Positions 50,557 to 63,492 of a stretch of 64,000 bases of DNA are shown here, piece by piece. Source of the stretch: Chlorokybus atmophyticus (Eukaryota; Plantae; Mesostigma and Chlorokybus algae). The number at the start of each line of letters is the position of its first letter. The first letter of the stretch is position 1. The stretch spans positions 1,431,186-1,495,185 of the forward strand of contig RHPI01002533.1 in NCBI GenBank assembly GCA_009103225.1. Direction: 5' to 3'. The notes under the pieces were generated by a model. The model was given only the letters and a program-made list of their open reading frames with translations. It did no database searches and was not told where the DNA came from. Both the position numbers and the translations under genes were made by a program.

Positions 50557-51995
50557 GGGTAAGTGAAGGCAACTTCGGACAAGATGGTAACTTCGGACAC
50601 GCCTGCTTGTGAGCCTGTAGCGACCGGCTCAGGTGGCCAGATTCCGTTGTGAGATTACGCCACAATGTTCAGTTAACCGAGGGGAACACGGTAATATTCT
50701 ATCCTTGACGATTCGGTATAGGAATTGTTGCGCCTTTCAGAAGCTTAAAAATGTACATGTCATGGATTAGATTATAGCATGCAAGCAATGTTTAGGGCAT
50801 AACTTGCGGCGTAGTTGGAAAACATGAGTGAAGTTTAAATTTATAGGTAGCTAACTCCCTCAGCTATCAAACCTTAATGAGCTTTTGTGGTCATAGCTAG
50901 GGTAGGTGCTTTATTTTGCCCATTTTCGCAGTATTGAGCTCCGCGTGGGCGCTGTGTTCATTACACAGCGGCCAAGTGCATATGTTTCTAGTCGCCCTGA
51001 AGTTAAGCTATGCAGCAATATGTTGTGTCCGTCAAATCGAGTAATATCAAGAAAGGTACAGTGTGTCAAAGTGGGGGTGGTATAGGGGTCAGACCGCTGA
51101 AAAGTTCACCCAAATATGGCCATTGTTGACTTCAAGAACTTGTAACTTATGACTGGCCTCGTCAAAGTGCCTGCAACTTTGATAGTAGCTAGTTCTTATC
51201 ATGACTTTCCCAACAATTAAACTTTTAATTACATCGAGTAAGTGTTGCGGAAGTTATGATTGTTAAAGTTACGGGCATGTCATAATTTGTTGGGTACCTG
51301 CCAAACCTGAATCTGTGCTTTTCCACACGCTGTTTCTAAAAAATAACCACGGCTGCCATACTTGCTCATTTGACACTAATTTTATAGGTAGGTAGGTAGG
51401 TAGGTCGATAGGTAGGCCTCAATGAGAAGAAGATTACTATAAAAAACCACCGCCCTAAGTGCTTGCACCTGCATGCAACCTTCATAAAACCGTCATTGGC
51501 CAAATAAGGGCGAGTGGTCGAATGAGGCACCTTTACCCTACAAGTTATAAGCCTTAAAATTGGTGCTATTTTTGCATATGTACATATGTGTATATAATCT
51601 AATGCGTGTCATCTAAGCTTGGTTCAGGCACGAGTCTCTCCCCACACCTTCTGTATCCCACAACACCCCCCCACAACGTTCCCCCCATTACAAACAACTC
51701 CCACCTTCAACGCCGACGCCAATGTTATGGTGGTGTACCGCCAGAGACCTTTTTTCAGTAAGAAGGCGTGTGCGGAGTTGCCATCAGTGTGATGTTCGGC
51801 AGCCCCTTTACACCCTCATCTTTGCATGCTTATATAGCCGGAGCTACACTTTATTGATTGAAAAAATAAAGATACGGGCGTGTAGCTTAACCTGAGAGGA
51901 ACGACTTACCAAAACACATTACTGTTGAATTCTAACAACAACAGTAGTTATAACCAAAAAAGTCCGATTTGTCCGAAATTTTCTTCCATTACCCC
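50557..51995. mobile_element. Non-autonomous TIR element (MITE-like, Tc1/pogo type)
   Basis: TA|GGGTAAGTGAAGGCAACTTCGGACAA at the left vs TTGTCCGAAATTTTCTTCCATTACCC|CA at the right (about 22/28 inverted match including the terminal dinucleotide). The AACTTCGGACA motif is repeated in the left end. No ORF inside. Confidence 0.5.
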
Positions 51996-53106
51996 AATAC
52001 TACTGGTAGGCAGTGCATTGTAGCCTAGTAGTAGGACTGTAATTATGTATAAGCATGGTCAGGCAGGTATGGGACTTATGCATGTCATGTATATGAGTGG
52101 TTCTCTCAGTAGGGTGATGCATAAGGTGAACACTTACTCACTGAGTAGCACACGACACCTACTGCATAATATGACATTAAATTGTGTTCAATTATATGTG
52201 CAAAATGTCACGTTTGGTTCAGTGCTTAAAGGTGGGCATAATAGCGCTAGTGCTCTGCAAGATTTCTTCGAAGCATGCGGGTCTTAAAACAAGTGTCATC
52301 AACCTCGAGTAGTTCACACTATCTGCAAATCCATGTTGAAACAACAAGTAGTGGTTGTCATTGACTTGCTTGTGTACGAAAGATATTACAGTAATTTATG
52401 CATGTTTAATATTGTGTGGCTTATGTGTGTGCTGCTGACGATCATGTGAATTTAAGCCCACTTACTTAAACATGCTTAACGTTATGTGTGTACTTGCATC
52501 TGACCCCTTTGCTTGATCGCCAATTTGATGTTTTTTACATGAGAGGCCATACACTTACACATAACGCGATTTTATGTGAGCAAAACGTGTGTACGGAGTT
52601 CCACGAGCTTTATATTGTATAATCAAGCCATGTAGTACTAATACATGAGTTAACCTGGTGTACATGGATTGTATGATACCAAAACATGCGTCAAGTACAT
52701 ATGCTACTGAAATCTACAGCACAAAATGACATTTCTTAAAAGCACAAATATGATTAACCAACTATCAATTTGCATCCACATGACTTATTGGATTGCGTGT
52801 GAACATATGATTTTTATTTTTACGTATACAGCAATTTATGACCAAAGAAAGGCTTGTGCATTGAATCTCATCTTCAATAAACTAGCGGAGTTTTAGTGAA
52901 TGAACCGCGCAGTTCGGCATGGTAACACAAGTGTGAGATCTTTGTCATGTCAAAGTGCACAAAGCAACATATTGAGATTGTGTGCATTGCGCATTTCACC
53001 AAGTACCCAAAGTACCCAAAACCCTGCACAAAACGCGCAGCCAACAATGCAAATAAATGTGGGACAATTGATGCAAGCCTATTGTGGCAAGCAGCCATCT
53101 GCTATG

Positions 53107-55845
53107 CTATGATCCGGGAATTAAACCCCAAACCCAATGGGAACCTGGTGACTTTTTTGCAAGCCGCTCACTGTCTCGCTCTGCTTGTGACATTTCTGCC
53201 CGCATTATGTCCTCTGCCAGCTGCCGATCGCGTTCGATGGCTTCAGGGCTGTACATTACCCGGACAGGCGCATCATCAGCAAGGCAGATACCGTTAACCG
53301 TTAGAATTATCTATGCAAAATGCTCATGCTCTCGCAGACTGGCCAGCACTGACATGCCATACGGCACTGACCTGTTGTAGTCGGCAGCCCATGCAGGCAT
53401 GTCATTGCCTACCACCACGATATTGACATGCTCCGATGGCTTCTTTGAGCCCCATGTGCTTGGAGGGACCGGGGCACCATCAGCAGCGTGCTGTGTCGCG
53501 GCGCTGAACCTAGAGTACGATGCATCAAAGTACTTTTGCAAGAGTCGCTGATAGAACTCCGGCCGTGGACCTGTGGCCTGTACATGGTTCACACAAGTGC
53601 CGTGAAGCGCTGATGTTGCAAATCAATGTATCCATAACCTGTGCATAACTCATACACAATGCTGTGCCAGCAGCAGTGTAGCACCTGGCGAGCCTTAAGA
53701 CTCCAGCCACCTCGCTTATCATCCGCATCTTCACAATCCAGCCATTCATATAGCAGGAAAACGCATTGTGCATCACCGCTCCCTGCAAACTTGGCTGGTA
53801 GGAAGTGTATCGGCAGCAATTCTCCTGCACGGCAACCATGGATGCATGTTGAGGGCGCATCACCTATGAGTGCGGCCGTGACTGAAGCACTGTCTGCTAC
53901 ATACCTGTGGAGTACGTCAAAGGCAACAGCATCGCGTTTGTTCCACTTGCGCCAGTGCCCTCAACGGTAACCAGCGCACAGAAATGCCTGTTGTGAAACG
54001 TTGCTGCTATCAGTGTGGCTGCAGCATCGCGAACCCATGCAAAATTACTCTGTGCTGGACACGCTGCAAGTAACCTTTGCCATGCACAAACACGCCCCAC
54101 AGAGTACACCGAAACTTCTCAGGCACGCACCCATTGCCATATGATAGCGCAAGGGGAGCACGGAAGGTCTTATTCGGGTCTCCCCAAAGGATTGGCAAGT
54201 AGATGCCACCAATACGGCAGGGTGACAGTGCTTCGCCATCGGACCCGTATACCATACGATCAGCATACACTAGGATTGGCCTCCTGTGCAGCAAGTTTTA
54301 ACAGGTTTGTAGCCGAAGAGCTGCAGACTATGTTTGTGATAACCGACTTGACGTACCTCAACACATGGGCCAGTACAAAGATGTGAATAGGCTCCAGCGG
54401 TCGGCCTTTGGTGGCTGCTATCGTCTGGATTTCTGTCCACTCGCTCTGGTACTGGACATTTCATGGCACAGAAGTGAGGACAACTGCACTGCACTGCACT
54501 GCACTACACCCTGGTTGTCTGTATAGTGTACCAACACAAAGAGTTGCGCTTGAGTGCCTGACTTCTAGTCCATACCTGTGCGCTTGTCATGGACGCACCA
54601 AACCCGTCCTGCTCAGCATCCCTGTCCTGCAACAAGTGAAAGCATTGACCGCTTGCTAGCACATCGTCAGATGCGCTGTACTGCAGTCCAACAGAGAGCT
54701 AGTTGCATACGCAACGGAGGTGCGAGTGCTCACAAGTATAGCATCCAGCTCACCAGTTCTTGACGCCATGCATCGTGAAACAGTCGGGAGGCTTGACTGC
54801 TGCTTGTGCCAGGTTGCCCAATGGAGTCTGCAAGCAACGTCCGCAGAACTACACCAGCAAGCACCAGTGAGACATGGCATACTTCACAAGTTAACCAGGA
54901 TAGAGCTGCTGACTTGTCACATAGCACTTTCACCACATCATGTAAGTGTGCCACAACGGCCTGGTGGCTACAGATGCCACACCAATGACTGTGATAGCGT
55001 AGTTTAGCCTCACCATTTTCCCGATCGGAGACGCCCCACATGCCGAGGGAAACTCCGTGAAGCAAGCAATCGCCGTCCTCAGATGTGCGCAGCGGCAGCA
55101 ACCTGGTTGATACCGTATCCCAGTTGAGCACACGTGCTGCCTGCGACATACATGCAGTATTGAACTTCCACCTCATGCTGAATGTGAACACAACAAATAC
55201 ACCTGAATCAGCAAGTGGAACAGCATAGTGGGATCACATAACAACAAGGCATTGGTCAATCTTGACCCCTGATTTCCACATTCCATACCTCAAGCCGCCG
55301 AAGGACTTCTTCGTCTAGAAGCTCAGAAAGAACAAAGTTCTTGAACTCTTTTGGCAAATTTGAGTCTCCTGCAAGGCCGCAATGCCGCAATGTGAATGCG
55401 CTACAAGCGCCAGCTCCAGCAGCGCATGCCAACAAAGCATCCTTTCAACAAAGACACATACCATCTGACAGCCAGCGAGGAAGTTGGAAAGTATACATTG
55501 GCGCGGACAGTTCTTGGACAACAGCCAGCCCACCACAACTCGCTGGCCGCTCTGCACTGACTGCGACGCATGCTCTGAGTTGCTGCACCAAGTCAGGGTC
55601 TGCTCCGCTGCGCAGCACAACAAGTGGTTGTTAGCAGGCAAGGCTTATATGTCAGCCACGTGTGACACGAGTTGTTTACTATACCTGACATTGCGCAGCA
55701 CTCTGGGATGTGAGGGTGTGAGAGGTGGGGTGTTCTGTAAGGCTTGCGGTGAAACCGTTTGCTCTTCCTGCTTGTGCTCCTCAGCAACTGGCGTGTTGTC
55801 CGCAAGAACGAGCACAAGCTCTTCGGCAGTGGTAGGTGCCGGCAT
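53107..55845 (-). CDS. A20/Cezanne/TRABID-family OTU deubiquitinase (5' end may extend to ~56600)
   Basis: [58 protein letters not shown]; [52 protein letters not shown]. Catalytic Cys at 55066-55068, His at 53984-53986. Confidence 0.88.
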
Positions 55846-56640
55846 TGCACGGTTGGTGGACTATCACAGCAAGCTGACAATGCTATGCTGCTTCAAGGAT
55901 GTCTGATAGTCAACTACGCTTCTCTGTCAGTTCGTCATCGTCTCCCAGCTGAAAGTTTGTATCGGGGAGACCCAACTGCGATCTGAAGCACACAGCACGG
56001 CTTGTCAGTTTGACCAACCTCAATCCTCACTTCAACAGTTTATTGCTTCATGCAGATGAGAAGGGACTGCTATCCCTGCATAACCCGCATAATGGCCGCA
56101 CAGCCAAGCGCTTTTTGTATCGAGCGCCATGCAACGGTGACATGCACCAGTCTGCTCGCAAAATTGCATGGCACTGGCTGTGCTAAGTGAAGGAGACAAT
56201 GGCTTCTTGTGCATGCACGCCGCAGAGCAACGCTGACAGGTGACTGTGACAATGTGCACAGCAGTTCCCACGACGTGACCACAGAAAGAAAGCTGCAAAT
56301 GAAAGATTTGGACGCTCCGCATGCAACAAACTGGACCAACCTGCGCGCTCACGTATACGCTCACCAGCGTGAAGGCAACCCCACAACTTGAAGGCACGCG
56401 AAAGCCTCCAGAAGCCTGCCGGGCACGGGCTCAGGCACACACACCATGCGAAGAAGAGAAGCTAAAGAGAAACACACATCCACAGCGACATTAGCAGTAC
56501 AGGCACCCGACAACGACAGCGACCACGGCGACAAGCAGGACAGTGCTAATGTTGACAAAGCAGTAGCGCAATCCGGTTCGGCAGGACCCCTTCTTGGCCG
56601 CGATCCAACCATAACGCGTTGAATCCAGATGGGACTCACG

Positions 56641-56678
56641 AAACCCTAATCCTAACCCTAACCCTAATCCTAACCCCT
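56641..56678. promoter_or_regulatory. Telomere-like (CCCTAA/TCCTAA)x6 array / telo-box in the OTU-SmE divergent promoter
   Basis: AAACCCTAATCCTAACCCTAACCCTAATCCTAACCCTA, ~170 nt upstream of the SmE ATG. Confidence 0.7.
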
Positions 56679-56848
56679 ATTTCCCCCAGTGCATGCCGTG
56701 TTGCAACTGCTGGAAGCTTTGTCGCCGCCGCCCGTGGACGAGTGGGTTGCCAGCATTGGAGTGGAGGCCGGCTGAGTGTTCGTGCGGTTTATACTGTTTG
56801 CCTCAGCTTATTGTCGTAGAACTTCTGGTTTTCCAGCAGTCAGCAGCC

Positions 56849-58055
56849 ATGGCGACCAAAGTGCAGCGGATTATGACCCAACCGATCGTGAGTGTTGTTG
56901 GAGTTGTCTCTTGTTTGGTGTCTTCCTTGGTTGCATCATTTGCTATGTATAGGCACCTACCATCTATTTGCTGCATTCAGCGGGGGCGGTTGCCTCTCTA
57001 ACAGTGCTCTGGATGTCTGGAGCAGCGCTTGATGGGCCGTGTGGCTTGTCGACTTTGATGCATGCTTGCTTGCATTAAAGCTCCCCGTCCGCTAGTGTTC
57101 TGTCAGTGCATTTTAACTTGACAGCGCTGGTGCCGTATATCAAGCATTGCAGTTTGTGGTTGGTATGAGTAGGCTGCCACTGTGAGGGTATCAACTCGTT
57201 GCATGCCGCGCATTGATGGGAATTGCCGCACCCGAAACAATTACCGCGCTTTTGTGTTTCTTTCTTGTTACAGCTCAAGCCATAATGGATGTCTTATTTG
57301 TGGATGTCATATTCGTTTATTCAATTCAATTCAATTCAAATATGTGGATGTCATATTTGTGTATGTGTTGACCGATGCATGCATGTGATCACTGGAGCAT
57401 GTGGTGGCAAGACTGATGTCAATTCTGTGCCTTGGCATGTGACGGTCGGAACGCGGCGCAGAACCTGATTTTTCGGTTCTTGCAAAGTGTAAGTGAAATG
57501 CAAAGCTGTGTGTTCTACAAACACCTTGCTCGCGTTTTGTTGAAAACTCCGCTTAACTTCATTTTGTGCGCAGAAAGCACGCATACAGATCTGGTTGTTT
57601 GAGCAGAAAGACCTGCGCATTGAAGGACGCATCATTGTAAGCCAGCATTGGAACTGACTTTGTGCCAGTCATCATTTCACCAGTTTAACTCTTGTACTGT
57701 GTGCACAGGGTTTTGACGAGTACATGAATTTGGTGTTGGAGGACGCAGAGGAGTTGTCAGTAAAGAAGCAGACAAGGAGAGCACTGGGTGAGCATCTGGA
57801 GTGCTCCAAGTCTCTTGTGTGGCACACAGCAGGCCCTCATACCCTCATTGCTTTTGGTGAACTCCGCACATGTTGTGCTCACGATGTAAATTGTGCAGGG
57901 CGAATTCTGCTGAAGGGTGACAACATCACATTGATGATGAGCACGTAAGTCAGCTGTGCCGTCCGTCCGTCGCAAGATTCTTGTTGGGTCACCTGTCCTG
58001 CCCACACATAGACAATGCTTGGCCTGATTGAGGTTTGTGTTGCAGAGGAAAGTAG
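56849..58055 (+). CDS. SmE: Small nuclear ribonucleoprotein E (6 exons)
   Basis: MATKVQRIMTQPI|NLIFRFLQS|KARIQIWLFEQKDLRIEGRII|GFDEYMNLVLEDAEE..LG|RILLKGDNITLMMS|TGK*, with canonical splice sites. Confidence 0.97.
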
Positions 58056-58726
58056 GACGGACGGTGACATTTGTCCATGCTGTAAGACCAAAACAGCAAG
58101 AGCTTAACATGGACTGTGAGCTACCTGCTGTGACCACTGGTCTCTGCACCCGATCTTGGGAATGTATGCTTTGGCGGCACCAGCAGCGCCCCTGGCAGTC
58201 GGTGCAGCAGTCACCTGAAGCGCGACAGTACATGTGATGGCTAATCATGTGAGTGCATTCTATACGGTAGTAAGCGCGCTACTTTATTGATGAGGCTATC
58301 TTTTGAGGGCGCTTATAGAGCGTTCCTTGAGTATAACACCCACCACTCTGAATCGAAAGGGCTGTACTCGTTGCTGCGCATGTCAGTGTGAGTGATGTAC
58401 AGTTTTCAAGTGCCATACTACAATATCCTTTGGTGTATTATCTGCTGCGCATTCTTGGCTCAACATGTTGGCCATCATTCGTCTGCATAGTTCTTCGCAG
58501 ATAACCACCTCAGTCGTAGACTTGCTAATGCCTGGACGCTGTCCATTCTGTCTGCACTGTGGATGCCATGTTTGCGAGGCGCTGTTTGCACGTGCATCAC
58601 CTGAATTTTCTGTACACTCCATTCAAAGAATTACCTACCAACACAGCCAAAAGAATGTTGACCTGTAACTTGTAGCTTCTCATCTAAGCTTGACAACACC
58701 TGCTGACGCTATAGGGCAAACGAACA

Positions 58727-61056
58727 TCATTGTGTGGCTATTATTTCTGCACGGGCCTTTGCAACTGGATGCAAGAGGTCATCCCTGCTCTGAATCAGTC
58801 GCAGCTCAGCGGGCGGTCCAGATGGCGGTCTGAGCTGCCCCGAGTTGTGTTCAACTGTGCGCTGCAGGACAGCCTAACAAAAGAATTGACAGAGTTGAAC
58901 AGCAGGCACACAACAGCACTGGTTGGTAACCATTGCAGACATTCAACATGATCTGTGTCTTGTACCTGCATGGATGCCACGGTGAGCTCTACAGCATGCG
59001 CAAAGTCTTTGTGTCGCTGCGGACAGACAATGCTTGGTTTAGTCGAAAGGCCCGCGTACAGAGCGTGTACACGAAGGCAAGCTGTACCTCGTTGTGAGCT
59101 AACAACAGCGCAGCAAACAAGTCACCAGTTCCCTGTAGAAACTCGGATCAGAACACTGTATACATGTCAACCGCGTGTGAGTGTAAGAGTATCACACTCG
59201 TACTGTGAAGTATGCGGGCAGTTTGGGTATCCTTATCCGAAATCGCTGAACACCCTGCACACAAAACACTGATATCTATATGTATGTGACATATGCGTTT
59301 TACGTAAAGTCAATTCAGTGACTTCTTGAGCCGTACCTCGCTAGAAGCACTGCTTCCAAGCACCAGCAGCTCATCATCGACTTCCAGGCTTGTTATGACA
59401 ACCTGCGATAAGAGTGTGAGGCTTAGTTTGTCAAGCAGCAGCACTTCAAGTTGAACGCGCGAACCAGTCAAGCAGTGCTGAACACACCTTTTCTGGTCCC
59501 ATGCCATGCAGCTGGTCGCACGCCTTGAATGCGTCCTCTTCTGTGCGAATGCTGTAATAGTTGGGACGGAAAGCTTGTCAGCACATGGCCAGTGTATGTG
59601 CTGTTGCATATATGCACAATACAACCCCTGCTGCTTGCCTCAGGCCAGTAAGCTGCTCTGCTTCAAAGGCATTGGGCGTCAACAAGGATGCAGCAGAAAC
59701 AACCTGCTCAGAAGCAATTGGTACTCAATGTTGTCCACGCTTAGCCATATACAAGGGCAATGCAAGGGGGTGGCGGACATACCATGAACTGCATGACAAG
59801 TCAGAGTGTGATATACATGGGCTTACTGATGAGCGGAAAACTGGGACCAGCTCCGGTTTAACATAGAGCTTGCCAGAATCGCCCAAGACAGGGTCGCAAA
59901 CTGTTGCAGAGGTACAGGGTAAATGGATGCGCAGTTGTGCATGCATCACCATCTACCAAAAGGAGTGGACGAGATTGCTGCCCGTACCGTAAACAAGATT
60001 AGGGTTCTTTTCTTTCAATTTGTCCACCACTCGCTTGATCGTGTCCAACACAGAAAGAGAGCCTATGTATCCTGCAAGCAGCACAAGACACACGCAAGGG
60101 GACGGTGAATTGTGCTGCTCATTTTACCGTCAAAGACTGCTATTACCAACTTACATAAAATGCATGATGGAGAGAAGCAGTGAGAGGAAGACTCAACACG
60201 TGCAGATAGCATGCACTGTTTGACGACTACCATACTGGCCCTTAAGTTGCTTACTAAACTTGCTGACATAAGCCACCGAATTGTATTAACAATCATTACA
60301 TTCCACTGATTTGACTTGCTATTTAGCTGCTTATTGCCTCTCTAAACAGCGCTGCAGCACATTGCCAAAGCCATGACCGCAGCTGTGCTTCGTGATAACT
60401 GAAACCACTCACCCACTCAGTCACTGACTTACTTACCGGTGAGTAAGTGCGAGTACGACAGAAGACCGTTCGCCTCAAGTCCTTCTATCAGCGCCCACAG
60501 CTCCTCGCCGGTCAGCACCTGGCCTCTGAACACTTTGTACCCTACCTTTGACAAACAGTAAACCTGAGAGCCTTGTTTGGGGCACGATCATAATGCCAAT
60601 GCAGTCTAACCACTCGCCTGTGTGGTTGGAGAACTGGACAGAGTTAATGGGGTCCACCTCAAAGCCAAGCAATTGCAGCGGAAAAACGGCACATTTGTTG
60701 CCCACATAACCCTGCACAGCGCAGTAATTCATGGGTGATAGCTTCGTTAGTGCTTGAGCATTGACGCAAGCAGCACGGCATCACATGGGCCATGCGTGTA
60801 TGCTGAGATGTTGAGGTGTGCATAATCACAAGCCATTTGCCTGGACTGTGTGAGATTGGATGCTGAGCACGCGGCAGCAGGCTTCTGTGGTTGTGGGCTG
60901 CTGTTGGGTGGCCATCCTCTGCCTCTTCCTCCACCTTGTCCTGCTGCCGCCGCCTGCTGGGCTTGCTGCGGCGGGCGTGGACCTGCCTCCAAGGCGTGCC
61001 TGGCTCACCGACAACCGCAGCAACAGGACACCGCTCGCAGAGCAGAAGGCGGACAT
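58727..61056 (-). CDS. PdxK: Pyridoxal kinase (SOS4/PdxK), multi-exon
   Basis: [11 protein letters not shown]|[89 protein letters not shown]. Confidence 0.95.
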
Positions 61057-61974
61057 CAACAACCCCGCCGCCGCCGCCGCCGCCGCCGCCCCCCCCGCTC
61101 CCGCCGGCTGACACGTGCACAACAAGTCGGTTTGCAGCGAACTTGTTCATCACTTGGCTTGAGCACAAGTGCTGGGAGCTGTCAAGCATTCTGTGGGGTG
61201 CGAACAACACTGCCTGAAAAGACATGCATACGTATAGGGCATAGGTCGTTAGCACTAAGTTTAATGGGAAACTTAGCAAAGCAAGTAGCTGGCCAAGATG
61301 CACACACGCGCGCATATTATCTACGAGGCTGTGCCACTTATGCGGCATCATGCAGATGCATTTCTACACCCAAAGCAAGCCTATACATGCTCGCATGCAC
61401 AGACTTGCACCCATGCAACAGCCATTGTTCATAGTGACTGCTTGCCGATGGTGGCGCATACGCAGGGTGCTTTCACACCGAGAAGCTACATGAGGCGCAG
61501 TTGCGATACGTTCACTTGACAGTCCTGTGTTTTGCTTGGCTGGTTTCATAAGCAGAGGTTGCATATTGGGACTAGCTTGATTGCAACGTTCAAGCTAGTC
61601 GTTGCTGAGCGATCAAGCTAGCCCTCCTATATGCCCTGCAGCACAAAAGCATGAAATCAGTGCTGCAGGGCATACAGGAGCTGCCGCACGCAGCTGTGTG
61701 CCCTTCTGTTTGATATGCCATAGTATTTGTGCATCTGCCCGTGCAACAGATGATTGCATGCTGACAAATGGACGGCAAGCAGCTGTGCAAAACTGCGCTT
61801 GTGTGGAGACAGCCCCAGCGTAAATGCTTGCGGTGTTGCAAGTGTCGTTTTCGAGTTTCCAATAGTCAACACCGTACAGCGCGAACAGCACACAGCACTG
61901 TTCAATTATTGTACTGGGGCATCACAACACTGTCGTGCGCACTGTACACAGAAGAGCACCATCGTAGCAAAGTG

Positions 61975-63492
61975 CTATGAGGTCCCGAGCCGTTGTCCCC
62001 TGCCCTGGAACACTCTACCCGAGCCAGCTGGTGGCACATAACGCCTGTCCACCTCCCCAATGCCCGCTTGCGCCAATAGCCGATGTCTGCATGTTGTCAG
62101 TCAAGTGTAACAACATACCAACAATGCTGCCTGAAGCGAGACACGGTCATGACACAGCAGCATGCAGTCATTGTTGACAGGATACACAAAAGCCGGGGTC
62201 GCGAGGTAGTTCTTGCCGGTGTTGCGCGGGTGCAGAACGGTCAAGAAGTAATACAGGTGGCCAACAACAATGCCGAGCAAGTCCGGGATAGGGCTCCCGC
62301 CCATCATCACAGCCAGCACCATCAACGCCCACGGCAAGTAAAATGCCTGTGAAACAGCTGCGTTACAAACTGACCAACACAGCTGCAAAAGCAGATGAAA
62401 CTGCAATACAATTCATCAGCACCTGTAGTCGGAAAACACCCCATATGCTGACAGACTGATTGGCGTTGAAGCGGCTCCATAGATACAACACCATGAAGAC
62501 CAGTGATGTACTCATCACTGATAGCCCTGGCACAACATATGCAACACCCTGCATGCGACATAGGAGCTATTTTAACAACCTGCCACACAGCAGCTATGCA
62601 GAACCAGCTTCTCAAGGCAAAGCGGATGTGGGCACTGTGCTGGACTGGCCAGTGGAATCTGCTACTGGCCCGCTCAAAACAGGCCTAAGCCTCATTGTTG
62701 CACGCATGATATGCACCAGTCTCATGTGGCTACCGAGCAAGCGTTTAAGGACGTGCGTTGATGAACAAGTCTGCTAGCGACTACAGTAAGTACTGCCATG
62801 CACAACGCACTTACCAGCATGCACGCCATGCCAAACATGAGCATGAAGAGGAAGTCTGCTGTTCGTCCTTCGAATGTGTGCCGCTCAACATGACAACCAT
62901 ATTGAATGCTGCACGTTCACACATTCAGATGTCAGATACTTTCAACTTTTGTAACCTGTAAGTCAACTGAACCGCATGGTGTAGAGCGCATTGAGCAAGA
63001 ACAAGTGCACTGAACTCACATGAAGATCAGGTTCATTACGAAGCCGATGCCAAACAAGCCCAGGAAGTGAAAGTTTGTGAGCAGGCGCCAGATCTGCAGG
63101 CAATGGATGCGAATTGTTCGTTAGGCGCATGCTTAAAAAAAATCCCAGAATGCTTGCCCATAGTTGCCCAGTAATTGACTGTTGCAACAGCTCTGTCGTC
63201 GCTCTTACATGAAACTTTCTGAATACTAGCGGAAAGCTGAGCACAAGCTTGCGCGGATCCATCAGCCCGAATTGGCATGCTATTGTCGTTCCAGCACACA
63301 GCGAGCCCCATATTCTGCATATAGGCGGCAGAGAGCGGTACCACCTGCAGGGCCAATCAAGAGTACAACGAATCACATGCGACGCAAGTTGACCGTCCAA
63401 GCATGCATTGCTGTATCGATACGAACGAGCATGAGCGCAGCTGAGACAAGTTCAACACACGACCAACACACGTACTCTCCAGGTGTCGACAT
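61975..63492 (-). CDS. DER1: Derlin (DER1-like ERAD membrane protein)
   Basis: MSTPGE|WYRSLPPICR; IWRLLTN; ADFLFML; LYLWSR; AFYLPWAL; DLLGIVVGHLYYFLTVLHP; C-terminal SHP box FQGRGQRLG. Confidence 0.93.

Noticed and set aside
50560-50600. GTAACTTCGG resembling an LSU rRNA conserved motif
   Set aside because: No flanking rRNA similarity; better explained as TIR subterminal repeats.
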